Origin: Candidatus Fermentibacterota bacterium | Lineage (GTDB): Bacteria > Fermentibacterota > Fermentibacteria > Fermentibacterales > JCC-6 | Direction of reading: 5' to 3' | Length of the DNA stretch: 64,000 nucleotides | Assembly (NCBI GenBank): GCA_963845085.1 | Contig: CAWJQI010000004.1 | Location: 320,001-384,000 of the forward strand | In this document: piece after piece, positions 20,992-31,250 of the stretch | Position numbering within the stretch: position 1 is the first letter of the stretch | Layout of the letters: the number at the start of each line of letters is the position of its first letter | The notes under the pieces: model-generated | What the model was told of the DNA's origin: nothing | The model's database searches: none | What the model saw: only the letters and a program-made list of their open reading frames with translations | Position numbers and translations under genes: made by a program

Positions 20992-22341
20992 CTACCTGAG
21001 TACAACAAGCCTGGCCGGCGGACACTCCCCGTCGGAAACCAGGTACACCCCTGCACTGAAGCCCGATACGTCGAGCTGGAGATTCCCGGCATCTGTGGCG
21101 CCCTCCCAGACAAGTCTTCCCGAGAGATCGAATACCTGCACCTGCGAGGTCCCGGCCGATGAGATCAGTTCGACAACCGTCCGGACCGGGTTGGGACGCA
21201 GGGTGAGCCGGATGGGTTCTTCGTCCCCCTCGATGCCGAGAGGCGGGCAGCTTCCCTGGGAGTCAAGCTCCTTCACCATGATGTCTTCTCCGGAAAACAG
21301 GCCCGAACCTCCGACAAGGAAGCCTCCCCCGGGCAGGCTGGTGAATTGCCTGACCATGCCGGGATCGTAGACCCATTCATCGAGAACATGACCGTCGTTC
21401 TCGTCGAAGACGACGGCCGTTTGAAGAAACACGCCGGTTTCCGGCTCGGAGCATCCCGCGGCGACCGCCCTTCCATTGCTTACGGCAAGCGCCATGCTGC
21501 TGTCGGTGCCCCGTGTACCCCAGACGTTCTCCCACAGCAGTTGCCCCTGGTCGTCGAGTTTCATGATCCACCAGTCGTAGCTCCCCTGACCGAAGGAAAG
21601 CGTTGAGCCTGCAACATAGAAGCAGTCGCCGTACTGCTGGGCCCTCCAGGGGTAGTCGAACTGGGACCCTCCGTACGTTACGGTCCAGAGGGTATCGCCC
21701 GCGGAATCGGTTCTTATCATCCAGTAGTCGCCGAAACCCGCACCCCATCCCATGGCCAGACCCGAGATCATGTAACCGCCGTCGGAGCATGACGTGACGT
21801 GATGTGCGGTCTCCTCGTCTGAGGTTCCCAGGGTTTTCTTCCAGAGCAGAACGCCTTCGGGATCCATGGCAACCATCAACACATCGAACCCTCCGGCACC
21901 CTCGCTTGTGGTTCCACCGACACAAAGCACAGTACCGTCGGTGCCCTGGCAGGCTGCAGTGAAGTGCTCGTTGCTGACCGCGTTGCGGTACTCCCACTGA
22001 ACCTGCCCGTATTCGTCGAGCAGCAGGGCCATGGCACAGACACCGACTTCCTGCTCGGTGAATGATCCGGTGACCATTACACCGCCCTCAACGGCTGTCA
22101 TCGCAATCAGGTTGCAGCTCTGCCCCCTGATGAGGGAGTCGACCCAGAGAAGGGTGCCGGAGTGGTCGAAACCGGCGAGCAAAAGCTGAGAGTCCCCGCT
22201 TGCTCCGAGATCGGTGTTCCCAGCTACAATGCATCCGTACGACGTGGGAACGGCCGCCTTGCCCTCCTGGTTCCCCGGATAGGGCAGAACGATGTTGAAC
22301 GCACCCATCAGAGTCAGAGCGGCCAGCGCAAGTACCGGCAT
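20992..22341 (-). CDS. secreted beta-propeller repeat protein with T9SS type A-like C-terminal domain
   Basis: Repeats of G.T.S.GAG..D.W...D..G..LW....G; PNPVR...VFDLSGRLV...SAGVYLV. Confidence 0.8.
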   Translation of the reverse strand: MPVLALAALTLMGAFNIVLPYPGNQEGKAAVPTSYGCIVAGNTDLGASGDSQLLLAGFDHSGTLLWVDSLIRGQSCNLIAMTAVEGGVMVTGSFTEQEVGVCAMALLLDEYGQVQWEYRNAVSNEHFTAACQGTDGTVLCVGGTTSEGAGGFDVLMVAMDPEGVLLWKKTLGTSDEETAHHVTSCSDGGYMISGLAMGWGAGFGDYWMIRTDSAGDTLWTVTYGGSQFDYPWRAQQYGDCFYVAGSTLSFGQGSYDWWIMKLDDQGQLLWENVWGTRGTDSSMALAVSNGRAVAAGCSEPETGVFLQTAVVFDENDGHVLDEWVYDPGMVRQFTSLPGGGFLVGGSGLFSGEDIMVKELDSQGSCPPLGIEGDEEPIRLTLRPNPVRTVVELISSAGTSQVQVFDLSGRLVWEGATDAGNLQLDVSGFSAGVYLVSDGECPPARLVVLR

Positions 22342-22356
22342 GCGGTCACCATCCCG

Positions 22357-24012
22357 TCAGTTCAGACCCGGGCACTCCCTGACGATGCCCTCGTCAAGGT
22401 TGCTGCTTCCATAAGCCTTCCTGAAGTGTGCAGCGAACTCGTCCGCAAGCCTGGCAGCCCTTTCTGCGTAAGCGCCCTTCTCGGCCCACGTATTGCCGGG
22501 GTTGAGAATTGCCATATCCGGAAGGCCGGGGCAGCTTTCGGGCACATTCACCCTGAAGTACGGATCGGGCTTGCAGGCAACATCATTGAGCGCACCGCAA
22601 AGGGCTGCGTTAAGCATGATCCTTGTGAGGGGAAGACTGATACGCTTCCCCACGCCGTACGGGCCTCCGCTCCAGCCCGTGTTGAGAAGGAAGGCTTCGG
22701 TACCGTGCTCTTCAAGCTTCTCGCCCAGCATCCTTGCGTATACATCGGGTTTAAGGGGCATGAAAGGGCCGCCGAAGAAGCGGCTGAACGTGCTGACCGG
22801 TTCCACGATGCCTGTTTCGGTCCCGGCAAGCTTGCTGGTGTAACCCATGAGGAACCAGAACATGGCCTGGTTCCTGGTGAGCCTTGCGATGGGGGGAAGC
22901 ACTCCGTTCGCATCCGCAGTGAGGAAGACAATGGAAGAGGGATGCCCTGCGACGCTCGATTCCTTGATGTTCGGAAGGAAGCTGAGGGGATAGCTCCCGC
23001 GGGAGTTCTCGGTAAGCCGTGTGTCGAACAGGTCGAAGCTGCCGTCAGGATAGACCATTACGTTTTCGATGATCGCGCCGTGCTTCGTTGCGGAGTCCTT
23101 GTGGAAACAGGCGTTGTAGATGTCTGGTTCCCTCTCGGCGGAAAGGTCGATCAGTTTCGCATAACAGCCGTACTCGAAATTTGCCGTTCCGTGCTCGCTC
23201 CAGCCATGTTCGTCATCGCCAAGAAGAGCCCTGGAAGGGTCTGCGGATAGCGTGGTCTTCCCGGTTCCGGAAAGACCCAGCATGAGGGCGCAGCTGCCGT
23301 CAGGGCCTTCGTTGGCACTGCAGTGGAGAGGAAGCACGCCAGCGGAGGGCAGAAGGAAATTCATTACCGTGAAGATCAGTTTCTTGACGCTGCCGCAGTA
23401 TGAACTGCCGTAGACTATCCCCAGCATCCTGTCCATGTCCATGGCTACCACCATCGTGGAAGCACCGTTCAACGCGGGGTCGTTCCGGAGCTTTCCACTG
23501 TAGCGCAACTGGTCAAGCTTGTGTTCAGGAAGCACCACCAGCGTGTAGGGTTTCCTGTGGAACACCGACCGATGAATATCGTCCGGCACGGGTCTGAACA
23601 TGTTGTCGGTGAAAAGAACCGAAAGGGGCTTGTCGGTCACCACCCGTACAGGCAGGGCATACCTGGAATCGGCGCCGACCACCCTGTCCGTGATATAGAT
23701 GCCCTTCACCCTGCCGAGAACTTCGAGCCCGTCCTCCCAGACCATGTCGAACGTGTCCGGGGAGAGGGGAAGGTTGTTGGGGCTTGTCCAGTCGACCAGA
23801 TCGCTGCTCTCGGGTCTTTTGACTATCACGGTGTCCTTCGGGCTTCGACCGGACGACTCGGGCCGGGTCCAGGTGGCCAGGGCGCCGCATTCCATCACCA
23901 GCACGTCCCTGTTGTCAATCGATGCCTGAATCATGGCCTCCCTGGAGAGATTCCTCTTCACCGCACCGGCGCGCTGTTCAAGCAGAGCATCAAGTCTGTC
24001 AAGCAGTTGCAT
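22357..24012 (-). CDS. pckA: phosphoenolpyruvate carboxykinase (ATP)
   Basis: SGRSPKD, LHCSAN, GLSGTGKTTLSADP, GDDEHGW, GCYAK, TENSRGSYP, NTGW.GG. Confidence 0.96.
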   Translation of the reverse strand: MQLLDRLDALLEQRAGAVKRNLSREAMIQASIDNRDVLVMECGALATWTRPESSGRSPKDTVIVKRPESSDLVDWTSPNNLPLSPDTFDMVWEDGLEVLGRVKGIYITDRVVGADSRYALPVRVVTDKPLSVLFTDNMFRPVPDDIHRSVFHRKPYTLVVLPEHKLDQLRYSGKLRNDPALNGASTMVVAMDMDRMLGIVYGSSYCGSVKKLIFTVMNFLLPSAGVLPLHCSANEGPDGSCALMLGLSGTGKTTLSADPSRALLGDDEHGWSEHGTANFEYGCYAKLIDLSAEREPDIYNACFHKDSATKHGAIIENVMVYPDGSFDLFDTRLTENSRGSYPLSFLPNIKESSVAGHPSSIVFLTADANGVLPPIARLTRNQAMFWFLMGYTSKLAGTETGIVEPVSTFSRFFGGPFMPLKPDVYARMLGEKLEEHGTEAFLLNTGWSGGPYGVGKRISLPLTRIMLNAALCGALNDVACKPDPYFRVNVPESCPGLPDMAILNPGNTWAEKGAYAERAARLADEFAAHFRKAYGSSNLDEGIVRECPGLN

Positions 24013-24153
24013 TCCGCAACCCCCTTCAAATGGTTTCCAATGACCCTGAACCTCAAGGTTTGAAGAATAGCAAATTAGACCCGTTCAGGAAAGGCATCAC
24101 ACCGTGAAGGCCGGACAGGCCGGCTGATTTCCTTTAACGCGGCGGATGCCCGG

Positions 24154-24837
24154 TCAGGGATGAGGATAAAGGGCGCTTGTCTCGGGAGACCCCGGCGTGT
24201 AGAGCACCCAGGCTTTTCTTCCCGGGGCGTACCTCTGCGACGGATCCTGCAGGGTGCTCACTGTTCCGGTGCAGCGCCGCCCCTCGGCAGAGTACTCGTA
24301 TGTGATGACAAAGGGGTTCCGCCCATTGATCCTGACCATCATGTTCTGCTCGACGCCGGTCACGACACCTTCCGCTTCGATTCCGTTGCGCAGGACTTCG
24401 ACAGTGGTTCTGGCGGCCTCGTACTGCCTGCTTAGCATTACCACGCCGAACACCGCAAAGATCGCACCCATTCCAAGGAACGGGATCCCTACGAATGCGG
24501 TTACAATGAATGCGGTCAGGATGAGCCCGACGATGCCGAAAGTGATCCCGAGGATGGCAAGGACGAAGGCTGTAACAGCCCATCCGCTTCTCATCATGAG
24601 CTTTCTGACGTAGGCGTTGGATATGTCACGGGGAGGCGACGGAGGCCTTGCCGGTAACTCGTCCATCAATGAATCCCCATCGGTCCGCCTTGGGGGAAGC
24701 GGTCCGCCGCAGTTCCTGCAGTTGGAGCGGATCTCGTACTCGATCGTCCCGCACCACGGACAGGTGACTGGATTGCCTACGGATGTAAAAGTGCCCGATG
24801 CAGCAGAGTTGCTTTCGAAGGAACGGTTCAGCTTCAT
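24154..24837 (-). CDS. zinc-ribbon membrane protein, DUF3592-like
   Basis: CPWC...CRNCG, two TM helices, then G...EGVVTGV...ITYEY...VLY.PGSP. Confidence 0.6.
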   Translation of the reverse strand: MKLNRSFESNSAASGTFTSVGNPVTCPWCGTIEYEIRSNCRNCGGPLPPRRTDGDSLMDELPARPPSPPRDISNAYVRKLMMRSGWAVTAFVLAILGITFGIVGLILTAFIVTAFVGIPFLGMGAIFAVFGVVMLSRQYEAARTTVEVLRNGIEAEGVVTGVEQNMMVRINGRNPFVITYEYSAEGRRCTGTVSTLQDPSQRYAPGRKAWVLYTPGSPETSALYPHP

Positions 24838-25067
24838 GTTCTGCGTATCCTTATTCTGAAGGAAACATCAAAACGGGTTTAGAGATCAGGGAACTCCGCC
24901 CCCTCCGCCTCCGGACCACTGCGCGGGGCAGGCTTCAGTTATATGTCTGTTGCGCGGCTTTTGCGCCAGATGGGAAAGGGTCGCCCGAAAACGCTCCAAC
25001 CGCCCCGTGGCAACATTTCCAGCTCCTGTGGTTTCATTATGTTTGCACAGGAATCAGGGAGGTTGAT

Positions 25068-25871
25068 TTGCCTGACATCATCACTGGAATTGTCGCGCTG
25101 ATGCTCCTCGCACTGGAGGAAATACTATTTCAGTCAATGATAAAAAGGGGCGTCATCCGCCGCACTTTTTCCAGTGAGGAGGCTCGCAGCCCGGGCGAGA
25201 TCAGGGGATCGAAGACCCTTGAGAGGGTCAGGCTCTTTCAGCTGATCACCCTGACCGTCATGCTCGTGTTCCTCGACACGACAACACCAAGGCTTCTTCT
25301 TCAGGTCCCCGGGCAGCTGGCCATGACTGCAACGGCGCTTCAGCTCATACGAATGCTGGGAAGGCAGGTCCTTCGCCACTGGTCCGTGCTTGGCGAGATC
25401 CAAATCTTTCAGGCATTCTTCCTGATGCTGAGCCTTTTCAGGCTCCGGATGGCGGTATCAGCATCCCCCGCAAGCAACTGGTTCACGCTGCTTTCCCTCA
25501 GCATGGTTTTTTTCAGGGCTCTGAACGCCACAGCACTGGCTTTTTCCGTGACTTACGCCGTCAGAGCTCTTCTTCCCGAAGGCAGCCCTCTCTTCAGAAG
25601 CAACCCGCCGATGGCTTTCTCTGATTACTGGGCGGGAAGAACCTGCTCGGCTTCGATACCTTTCGCCCTTGCAGCACTCGCAACGATGTTTCTCGGAGGC
25701 ATTGGTGAAAACGCATTCCGGTTGCATCTGGCGGTTTCCGTTTTCCTCGTGATCATCACCTGGGCGGTGTTCAAGACCCGAAAGCCCCACCATCCCGCCG
25801 CCCACGTTTTAACAGCCGTCTCGGCCCTGTCACTTCTCTACTCGACCCTTTCCGGCTTCCCAATTGACTGA
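25068..25871 (+). CDS. multi-pass membrane protein (weak CcsA/HemX-like resemblance)
   Basis: GGAGG RBS before TTG; about 8 hydrophobic segments; stop overlaps the next gene. Confidence 0.55.
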   Translation: MPDIITGIVALMLLALEEILFQSMIKRGVIRRTFSSEEARSPGEIRGSKTLERVRLFQLITLTVMLVFLDTTTPRLLLQVPGQLAMTATALQLIRMLGRQVLRHWSVLGEIQIFQAFFLMLSLFRLRMAVSASPASNWFTLLSLSMVFFRALNATALAFSVTYAVRALLPEGSPLFRSNPPMAFSDYWAGRTCSASIPFALAALATMFLGGIGENAFRLHLAVSVFLVIITWAVFKTRKPHHPAAHVLTAVSALSLLYSTLSGFPID

Positions 25872-27654
25872 TCACGGTGTACTCCTTCTCCAGCTTCCCC
25901 TTCATCCCGGCTGTGCCTTCGAGCCGACCGGCAACGTTCCGCTCGCCCCGGGACGCATAGCCGCAGCGGGCGGCCTTCCGACTGATTCAGTCGTTCCGGT
26001 GAATGTCTGTGACACGCTTTCAGACACCGGCATCATCTCGTGGATCGCCCGGCGAAAACCTGATGTGGTGGGCTTTACTCTGTACATGTGGAATGCCGAG
26101 AGGAGCGCATGGCTTTCCCGTGAGATCAGGAATCTGCTTCCAAATGTTCTCACGATCGCCGGGGGTCCCGAGGTCACGCGTGACAACGGCTGGTTGAGGG
26201 AGTCCGGAGCGTTCCACCTTCTCGTCGAGGGAGAGGGGGAACCATTCGCAGCACGGCTGTGCGACCCTGTGTCACTGGCACGGGAAGGCATCGAGAATGG
26301 CGGGTTCCTTACAACGGGCATTTGCACCTTCCCGCCCGATCACTGGCCCGATCCCTATTTCACCGGCCACCTGGAGTGCACTGACGGGATGCCGGCGCAT
26401 GTCGAGACAGTCCGCGGGTGCCCGCACGGGTGCGTCTACTGCTCGTACAGACGGATAAGCCCCGAGCCCCGCATCATTCCGGCAACCGATGTTCTTGTTT
26501 CACTCAGGCGTCACAGGGATGCCGGAAGGTCGGAACTTGTCTTTCTCGACCCCACGTTCAACGGCAGGGCCGACCTGCCCGTGCTTCTCGATGGGATGCG
26601 GAACATGGGGTTTTCCTGCTTTGCCGAGGTGAGGGCGGGCCTTCGGAACCTTGACCCGGGTGCACTTTCCCGTGCCGGTTTCGGCTCAGTAGAGGTCGGC
26701 CTCCAAACCATGAACCGCAGTGTGTTGAAAGCCATGGGGCGTTTGGACGATCCGGAGAGGACGGTGAGAGGCGCCCTGAAACTGAAGGCTGCCGGGGTTG
26801 AACCTGTCCTCGATCTGATTCTCGGCCTGCCCGGCGACTACCCGGCAAACATACTCAAGGCCGGCGAGCGGCTCGTTTCGGAGGGGCTTGGTGAAAATGT
26901 CCAGGCCTTCTATCTGTCCGTTCTCCCGGGTACCCGGCTCCGGGCGGATGCGGCAGGGCTCGGCCTTGAATGCCTCGACCGTCCCCCCTACTGGGTCGAT
27001 GGGCTTCCGGGGCTCACGATGGCGGAGTTGTCGGAGTGCAGGTACGAACTGGGGTCGATTCTCGGATACGACCTCGACATGGAGCCCAGACCCGTGTTAT
27101 GCGACACCTGGCCCGATACCGTGATCCTCGACACCCGACATCCTGTTGAACCCGTCTTTTCCGGCCGGCACGCTGTGCTCAGGGTAAGGGGCGGGCGGCT
27201 CTGGGAGAACAGGGAGATGATCCTGTCCGCTGCAGCAAAGCGCTTCAGGGTTGACCCGTACTGCATGCTCGACGTGGTACTCGAGGCAGACGAGCATTTC
27301 CCCGTCGATCTGCTGCGATCGCTCGCGGAAGTCGAGCGCCCATCTGACTACCACGAGAGAAGCGCCTCTGTGCTCGGACGTCAGGGCAGACTGAGAACGG
27401 CCGTGTTGGCCCGGGCCGACGCAAACACGGACTGGCTGACAGCATGTGCGACAGAGTCGGTCGTTGTCATTCCCTGGGACCGTCCGGACCAGCTGCCGGT
27501 CGAATTGCTCGAGCGAAACATCGGGCTTCTTTTCAAGGGTTTTCCCGAACTTTCAGCCATTTCGGAAACCTTCTCCTACTACAAGGAACAGGTGTTTTTC
27601 AGCGAACTGGAGCTGGAACGCCTCTGGTGTCTGGACATCCTCGAACTGGGATGA
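25864..27654 (+). CDS. B12-binding domain radical SAM protein
   Basis: PDVVGFTLYMWN, GGPEV, GEGE; ETVRGCPHGCVYCSY; FLDPTFN; EVGLQT; DLILGLPG. Confidence 0.88.
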   Translation: MTDHGVLLLQLPLHPGCAFEPTGNVPLAPGRIAAAGGLPTDSVVPVNVCDTLSDTGIISWIARRKPDVVGFTLYMWNAERSAWLSREIRNLLPNVLTIAGGPEVTRDNGWLRESGAFHLLVEGEGEPFAARLCDPVSLAREGIENGGFLTTGICTFPPDHWPDPYFTGHLECTDGMPAHVETVRGCPHGCVYCSYRRISPEPRIIPATDVLVSLRRHRDAGRSELVFLDPTFNGRADLPVLLDGMRNMGFSCFAEVRAGLRNLDPGALSRAGFGSVEVGLQTMNRSVLKAMGRLDDPERTVRGALKLKAAGVEPVLDLILGLPGDYPANILKAGERLVSEGLGENVQAFYLSVLPGTRLRADAAGLGLECLDRPPYWVDGLPGLTMAELSECRYELGSILGYDLDMEPRPVLCDTWPDTVILDTRHPVEPVFSGRHAVLRVRGGRLWENREMILSAAAKRFRVDPYCMLDVVLEADEHFPVDLLRSLAEVERPSDYHERSASVLGRQGRLRTAVLARADANTDWLTACATESVVVIPWDRPDQLPVELLERNIGLLFKGFPELSAISETFSYYKEQVFFSELELERLWCLDILELG

Positions 27655-27663
27655 AAAAGCAGA

Positions 27664-27687
27664 GGGGCGGGCCGAAGCCCGCCCCCC
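27664..27687. terminator. probable bidirectional intrinsic terminator
   Basis: GGGGCGGGC-CGAA-GCCCGCCCC stem between convergent genes; U-run follows on the minus strand. Confidence 0.75.
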
Positions 27688-27703
27688 GCTGAACCAGTGA
27701 TGA

Positions 27704-29686
27704 CTATCGACCGAGTATCTCGAACTCGATGCGGCGGTTCTGAGCCTTGTTTGCTGCGCTGGTGTTGGGGACAGCGGGTCTTTCCTCGCCGGCTCCGGCA
27801 CTGCTGAGGTGGGCGGCGGGAACACCCTTGTTGACAAGGTAGTCGAACACGGACTGAGCCCTGCGCTCGCTGAGGCCCTGGTTGTAGCTGCTGCTGCCGT
27901 CGCTGTCGGTGTGACCGACGATGCGAACCCTGACGCCCTCGTTGGCGAGAAGGGTCTGGGCAACGGTGTCAAGGATCGGGAAGCTCTCGGCCTTGATGTT
28001 GGCGCTGTCGTAATCGAAGTAGATGTTGTTGAAGCTGAGAACCTGGCCCTCGACGAGCTCGGGGCGCATCTGGATGTCCTGGATGACCGTTTCGTCGGCA
28101 ACCACGGTTACGCGGCGGGTGACGGTGACGTAGCCTGCGGCCTCGGACCTGAGCGTCCAGGTGCCTTCGGGAAGCTCAAGGCTGTAGACACCGTTTGCAT
28201 CGCAGACAGTGTTGCCGTTGTAGCCTTCGGGAAGGTCGGGGACACTGATGTTGGCAACAAGGATCTCCTGGGTTTCGCCATCGGTGACGGTACCCGTGAG
28301 CATGCCGTTGCCGGGGACCGGCATCAGTGCGAAGTCGCGGGTGATGCTTTCGCCGGCTGTGATAACGACGGTTTCGTTGGCTGTGGTGTAACCTTCGGCG
28401 GCCACGCGGACAGGTGTTGAGCCTGCGAGAAGCTTCACTGTGTAGAAGCCGTCGGTGGTGTTGATGGGCATGACGGTGGTGGCGGGGAAGCTGACCTCGG
28501 CGGCAAGTACCTCACCGGTCATGGCATCGGTGACGACACCGCTGAGGGTGCCCTGGGTGGGGCTCTCAAGAAGGTCGGAGGAGAACATGAGGTTGACACC
28601 GAAGCCGTAGTCGGCGGGGTAGCCCAGAGGGAACGGAGCCCTGGCGGCGCGTTCTTCCTCGGTGGGGTTCATGCCAGCCTGGTAAAGGTCGTGGCCAAGG
28701 TCGGACCATTCGGGGTCAAACTCGGTCATGCTCATGGAGCCGACGATGTCGAGTGCCATGCCGAAGTTGCTTGTGAAGCGGAAACCGCCGGCAACAATAC
28801 CGGTTTCGTCGTAACGTTCGCCGTCTCCGGCTTCTTCTTCACGGTCGAGGTACAAGCGCCATTCGCCCTCGACGAACGGAGTGACGTACCTGGTTTTGTA
28901 CTCGAGGCCCGCGCCCATTACGAGCACGTTGTCATCGACGTCCATTTCGATCTCTTCAGAGTCGATGACTCCGCCGTTCGCATCGAACTGGCGGTCGGTA
29001 AACTCGAACTTCTGGCTGTAGATGTGGTATCCGGCATTGGCATGGATGCCAAGACCGAAATTGGCGTTGTAGCTGAGAAGTGCGTTTGCGCCGTAATACA
29101 TCTCGGCTTCAGGGATCATTGCGCGGCGCATCTCGAACATGGGCTCTTCGAAATTCCAGATGCCGTCGAAGCCGTCGTAGGCCTGGACGTACGGGCTGTC
29201 GCCGCCGCTGTAGACCTTGAAGCCGACCAGCGGCATGAGGCCGATCCAGAACTGGCCGTCGTTCGTGGGGTTGAAGCCGGCCTTGAGGCTTGCGACAACG
29301 TTGGTCACGCCGTCGTCCTCTTCCCACTCACCTGTGTTGGCGGCACGGATCTCGCTGTCGAGGTCGCGCTGAAGGCCGTTGTAGACGTAGCCCACACGGC
29401 CGGCGATCTCGATCATGTCGTTGATGCCGTACGCCATGGTGAAGTAACCCGTGACATCCTGCTCCATGTCTTCGGCTTCGAACGTTGTGTCAGCAAAGAC
29501 AACGGTTCTTTCATCATTGGAGATACCGTTGTGCAGGAATATTCCCATCGCGAACTGGTTGATGCCTATCGGCTGGGCATCGACCACCCTGTTGAGGCCG
29601 CGAAGACCCCAATAGGACGGAAGCGCGGAAGCGGTTCCGGTAAGGACCAGAATCAACACCGCACACAAAGCTACTGATAATTTCAT
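27704..29686 (-). CDS. OmpA-family protein: N-terminal barrel-like region, two carboxypeptidase-regulatory-like domains, OmpA C-terminal domain
   Basis: Signal peptide; G.L.G.VTD..T.E.L repeats; NIYFDYDS, IVGHTDSDG..YNQGLSERRA, NRRIEF. Confidence 0.88.
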   Translation of the reverse strand: MKLSVALCAVLILVLTGTASALPSYWGLRGLNRVVDAQPIGINQFAMGIFLHNGISNDERTVVFADTTFEAEDMEQDVTGYFTMAYGINDMIEIAGRVGYVYNGLQRDLDSEIRAANTGEWEEDDGVTNVVASLKAGFNPTNDGQFWIGLMPLVGFKVYSGGDSPYVQAYDGFDGIWNFEEPMFEMRRAMIPEAEMYYGANALLSYNANFGLGIHANAGYHIYSQKFEFTDRQFDANGGVIDSEEIEMDVDDNVLVMGAGLEYKTRYVTPFVEGEWRLYLDREEEAGDGERYDETGIVAGGFRFTSNFGMALDIVGSMSMTEFDPEWSDLGHDLYQAGMNPTEEERAARAPFPLGYPADYGFGVNLMFSSDLLESPTQGTLSGVVTDAMTGEVLAAEVSFPATTVMPINTTDGFYTVKLLAGSTPVRVAAEGYTTANETVVITAGESITRDFALMPVPGNGMLTGTVTDGETQEILVANISVPDLPEGYNGNTVCDANGVYSLELPEGTWTLRSEAAGYVTVTRRVTVVADETVIQDIQMRPELVEGQVLSFNNIYFDYDSANIKAESFPILDTVAQTLLANEGVRVRIVGHTDSDGSSSYNQGLSERRAQSVFDYLVNKGVPAAHLSSAGAGEERPAVPNTSAANKAQNRRIEFEILGR

Positions 29687-29738
29687 TAATCCCTCCTTCT
29701 TATAAAACGCGCGATTGAAAACGCAACTGCGCAAATGG

Positions 29739-29767
29739 ATTATACAACAGAGCCTTATCAAAAGCAA
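29739..29767 (-). promoter_or_regulatory. sigma70-like promoter of the ompA-family gene
   Basis: Minus strand TTGCTT-N17-TATAAT. Confidence 0.7.
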
Positions 29768-29793
29768 ACAAGCCCCTGTCACAAACCCCCCCT

Positions 29794-30408
29794 CTATCGC
29801 GTGAACTTGTCTCGGATCGCCTTGGGCACGGGCATCTTTCTGTCCCATGCCATTGGTATCCTGCCCTCCTCCATGTGAAGCACTTCCCTGCCCACTTTAT
29901 GGCCGAACTCGAAGGTCTGCAGGTTCAGATCGATGAAGCGCGCCGGGACGGTGCATCTGATGGCGCTTATCCAGGTGTCGATGGAAAAGAACCTGGTGAG
30001 CCCCGCAAGCATGCCGAGGGCCATCAGGTTCGCCGCAATGGCCTTTCCTGTGAGTTCGACGCATCTCGAGGTAAAGGGGAACTCGTACACCCTTCCCTCG
30101 GGAAGCTGGTCCACGAATGTCGAGTCGACAATTATCATGCCGCCCGCTTTTACATTGCAGGCGAACCTGTCGGTGCTGGCCTGGTTCATTGCAAGCAGGA
30201 CGTCGAGCTCACGGCATTCAGGATAGAGTATCTCCCGGCTGGAGATGATCACATCGGTCCGGCTCGCGCCTCCCCGGGCCTCGGGTCCGTAGCTCTGGGT
30301 CTGGCAGACGAACAATCCCTCAATAATTGCGGCCTGTGAGAGTATTCGCCCGGCAAGCCCGAGCCCCTGACCACCAGAGCCGGAAAGCCTTGTCTCGGTG
30401 TACTTCAC
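29794..30408 (-). CDS. korC: 2-oxoacid:ferredoxin oxidoreductase gamma subunit
   Basis: SGSGGQG, QTQSYGPEARGGASR, ANLMALG. Confidence 0.9.
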   Translation of the reverse strand: MKYTETRLSGSGGQGLGLAGRILSQAAIIEGLFVCQTQSYGPEARGGASRTDVIISSREILYPECRELDVLLAMNQASTDRFACNVKAGGMIIVDSTFVDQLPEGRVYEFPFTSRCVELTGKAIAANLMALGMLAGLTRFFSIDTWISAIRCTVPARFIDLNLQTFEFGHKVGREVLHMEEGRIPMAWDRKMPVPKAIRDKFTR

Positions 30409-31250
30409 TCCCCGCTCACCTCCCCCGCGGCCCGTCTGCAAAGCCGCTCGTAACGGGAAGTGTAACCTTCATGATCGTCGCGGTCAACGAACACCCCTCT
30501 CACGGTCTTGCCCTCCCTCTGCTCGGGGGGAAGCTTCTCCGCCTGGGCGATTGTGATCGTGCCGTCCCGGAGGTTCTCCATCATCTTCACGGCGTCGCCG
30601 AGCCGGTTGGCCCTGCCGAAGTTCGTGGGGCAGGGAGCAAGCACTTCCACCACGCTGAAGCCGGGCTTTTCAAGTGCACCGGCTATCATCTTGTCGAGCT
30701 CCATGACGTGGTAGACCGTTCCCCTGGCGACGTAGACCGCGCCGGAACCCTGGGCGAGGGAGCAGATGTCAAAACCGGGCTCCATCATTCCGTACGGAGT
30801 GGTGGCCGTGAGCGACCCGGCCGGCGTGGTGGGGGAGAACTGCCCTCCGGTCATGCCGTAGTTGCTGTTGTTCACGATGATAGTCGTGATCTCGATGTTG
30901 CGCCTTGCGGAGTGGATGAGGTGGTTGCCGCCTATGGCAAGGGCGTCGCCGTCACCCATGACCGCGATGACCTTCAGCGAGGGGTTCGCAAGTTTGGCGC
31001 CGGTTCCGAAAGCGAGGGCCCTGCCGTGGGTGGTGTGCAGTGTGTTGAAATCGAGGTAGACCGGCATCCTGCTGGTGCACCCGATCCCGGAAACCAGAAG
31101 GATGTCGTTCATATCCCACTTCATGGTGTCGACGGCTCTGATGATCGACCCCATGACGATCCCTATCCCGCACCCCGGGCACCATACATGGGGAAACTTC
31201 TTCTTGTACCTGAGATAGATGTATTCGTACGGAAGATGCGCCGCCATCAC
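30405..31250 (-). CDS. korB: 2-oxoacid:ferredoxin oxidoreductase beta subunit
   Basis: WCPGCG, SGIGC, HGRA, GDGDALAIGGNH, YGMTGGQFSPTT. Confidence 0.93.
   Translation of the reverse strand: MMAAHLPYEYIYLRYKKKFPHVWCPGCGIGIVMGSIIRAVDTMKWDMNDILLVSGIGCTSRMPVYLDFNTLHTTHGRALAFGTGAKLANPSLKVIAVMGDGDALAIGGNHLIHSARRNIEITTIIVNNSNYGMTGGQFSPTTPAGSLTATTPYGMMEPGFDICSLAQGSGAVYVARGTVYHVMELDKMIAGALEKPGFSVVEVLAPCPTNFGRANRLGDAVKMMENLRDGTITIAQAEKLPPEQREGKTVRGVFVDRDDHEGYTSRYERLCRRAAGEVSGE

Noticed and set aside
24880..25060. Possible cobalamin or c-di-GMP riboswitch upstream of the B12-radical SAM unit (AGGGAA...CCACTG; TCCTGTG...CACAGGA repeat)
   Set aside because: Only fragments match; the conserved core stems and loops cannot be built. 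An Rfam scan would settle it.
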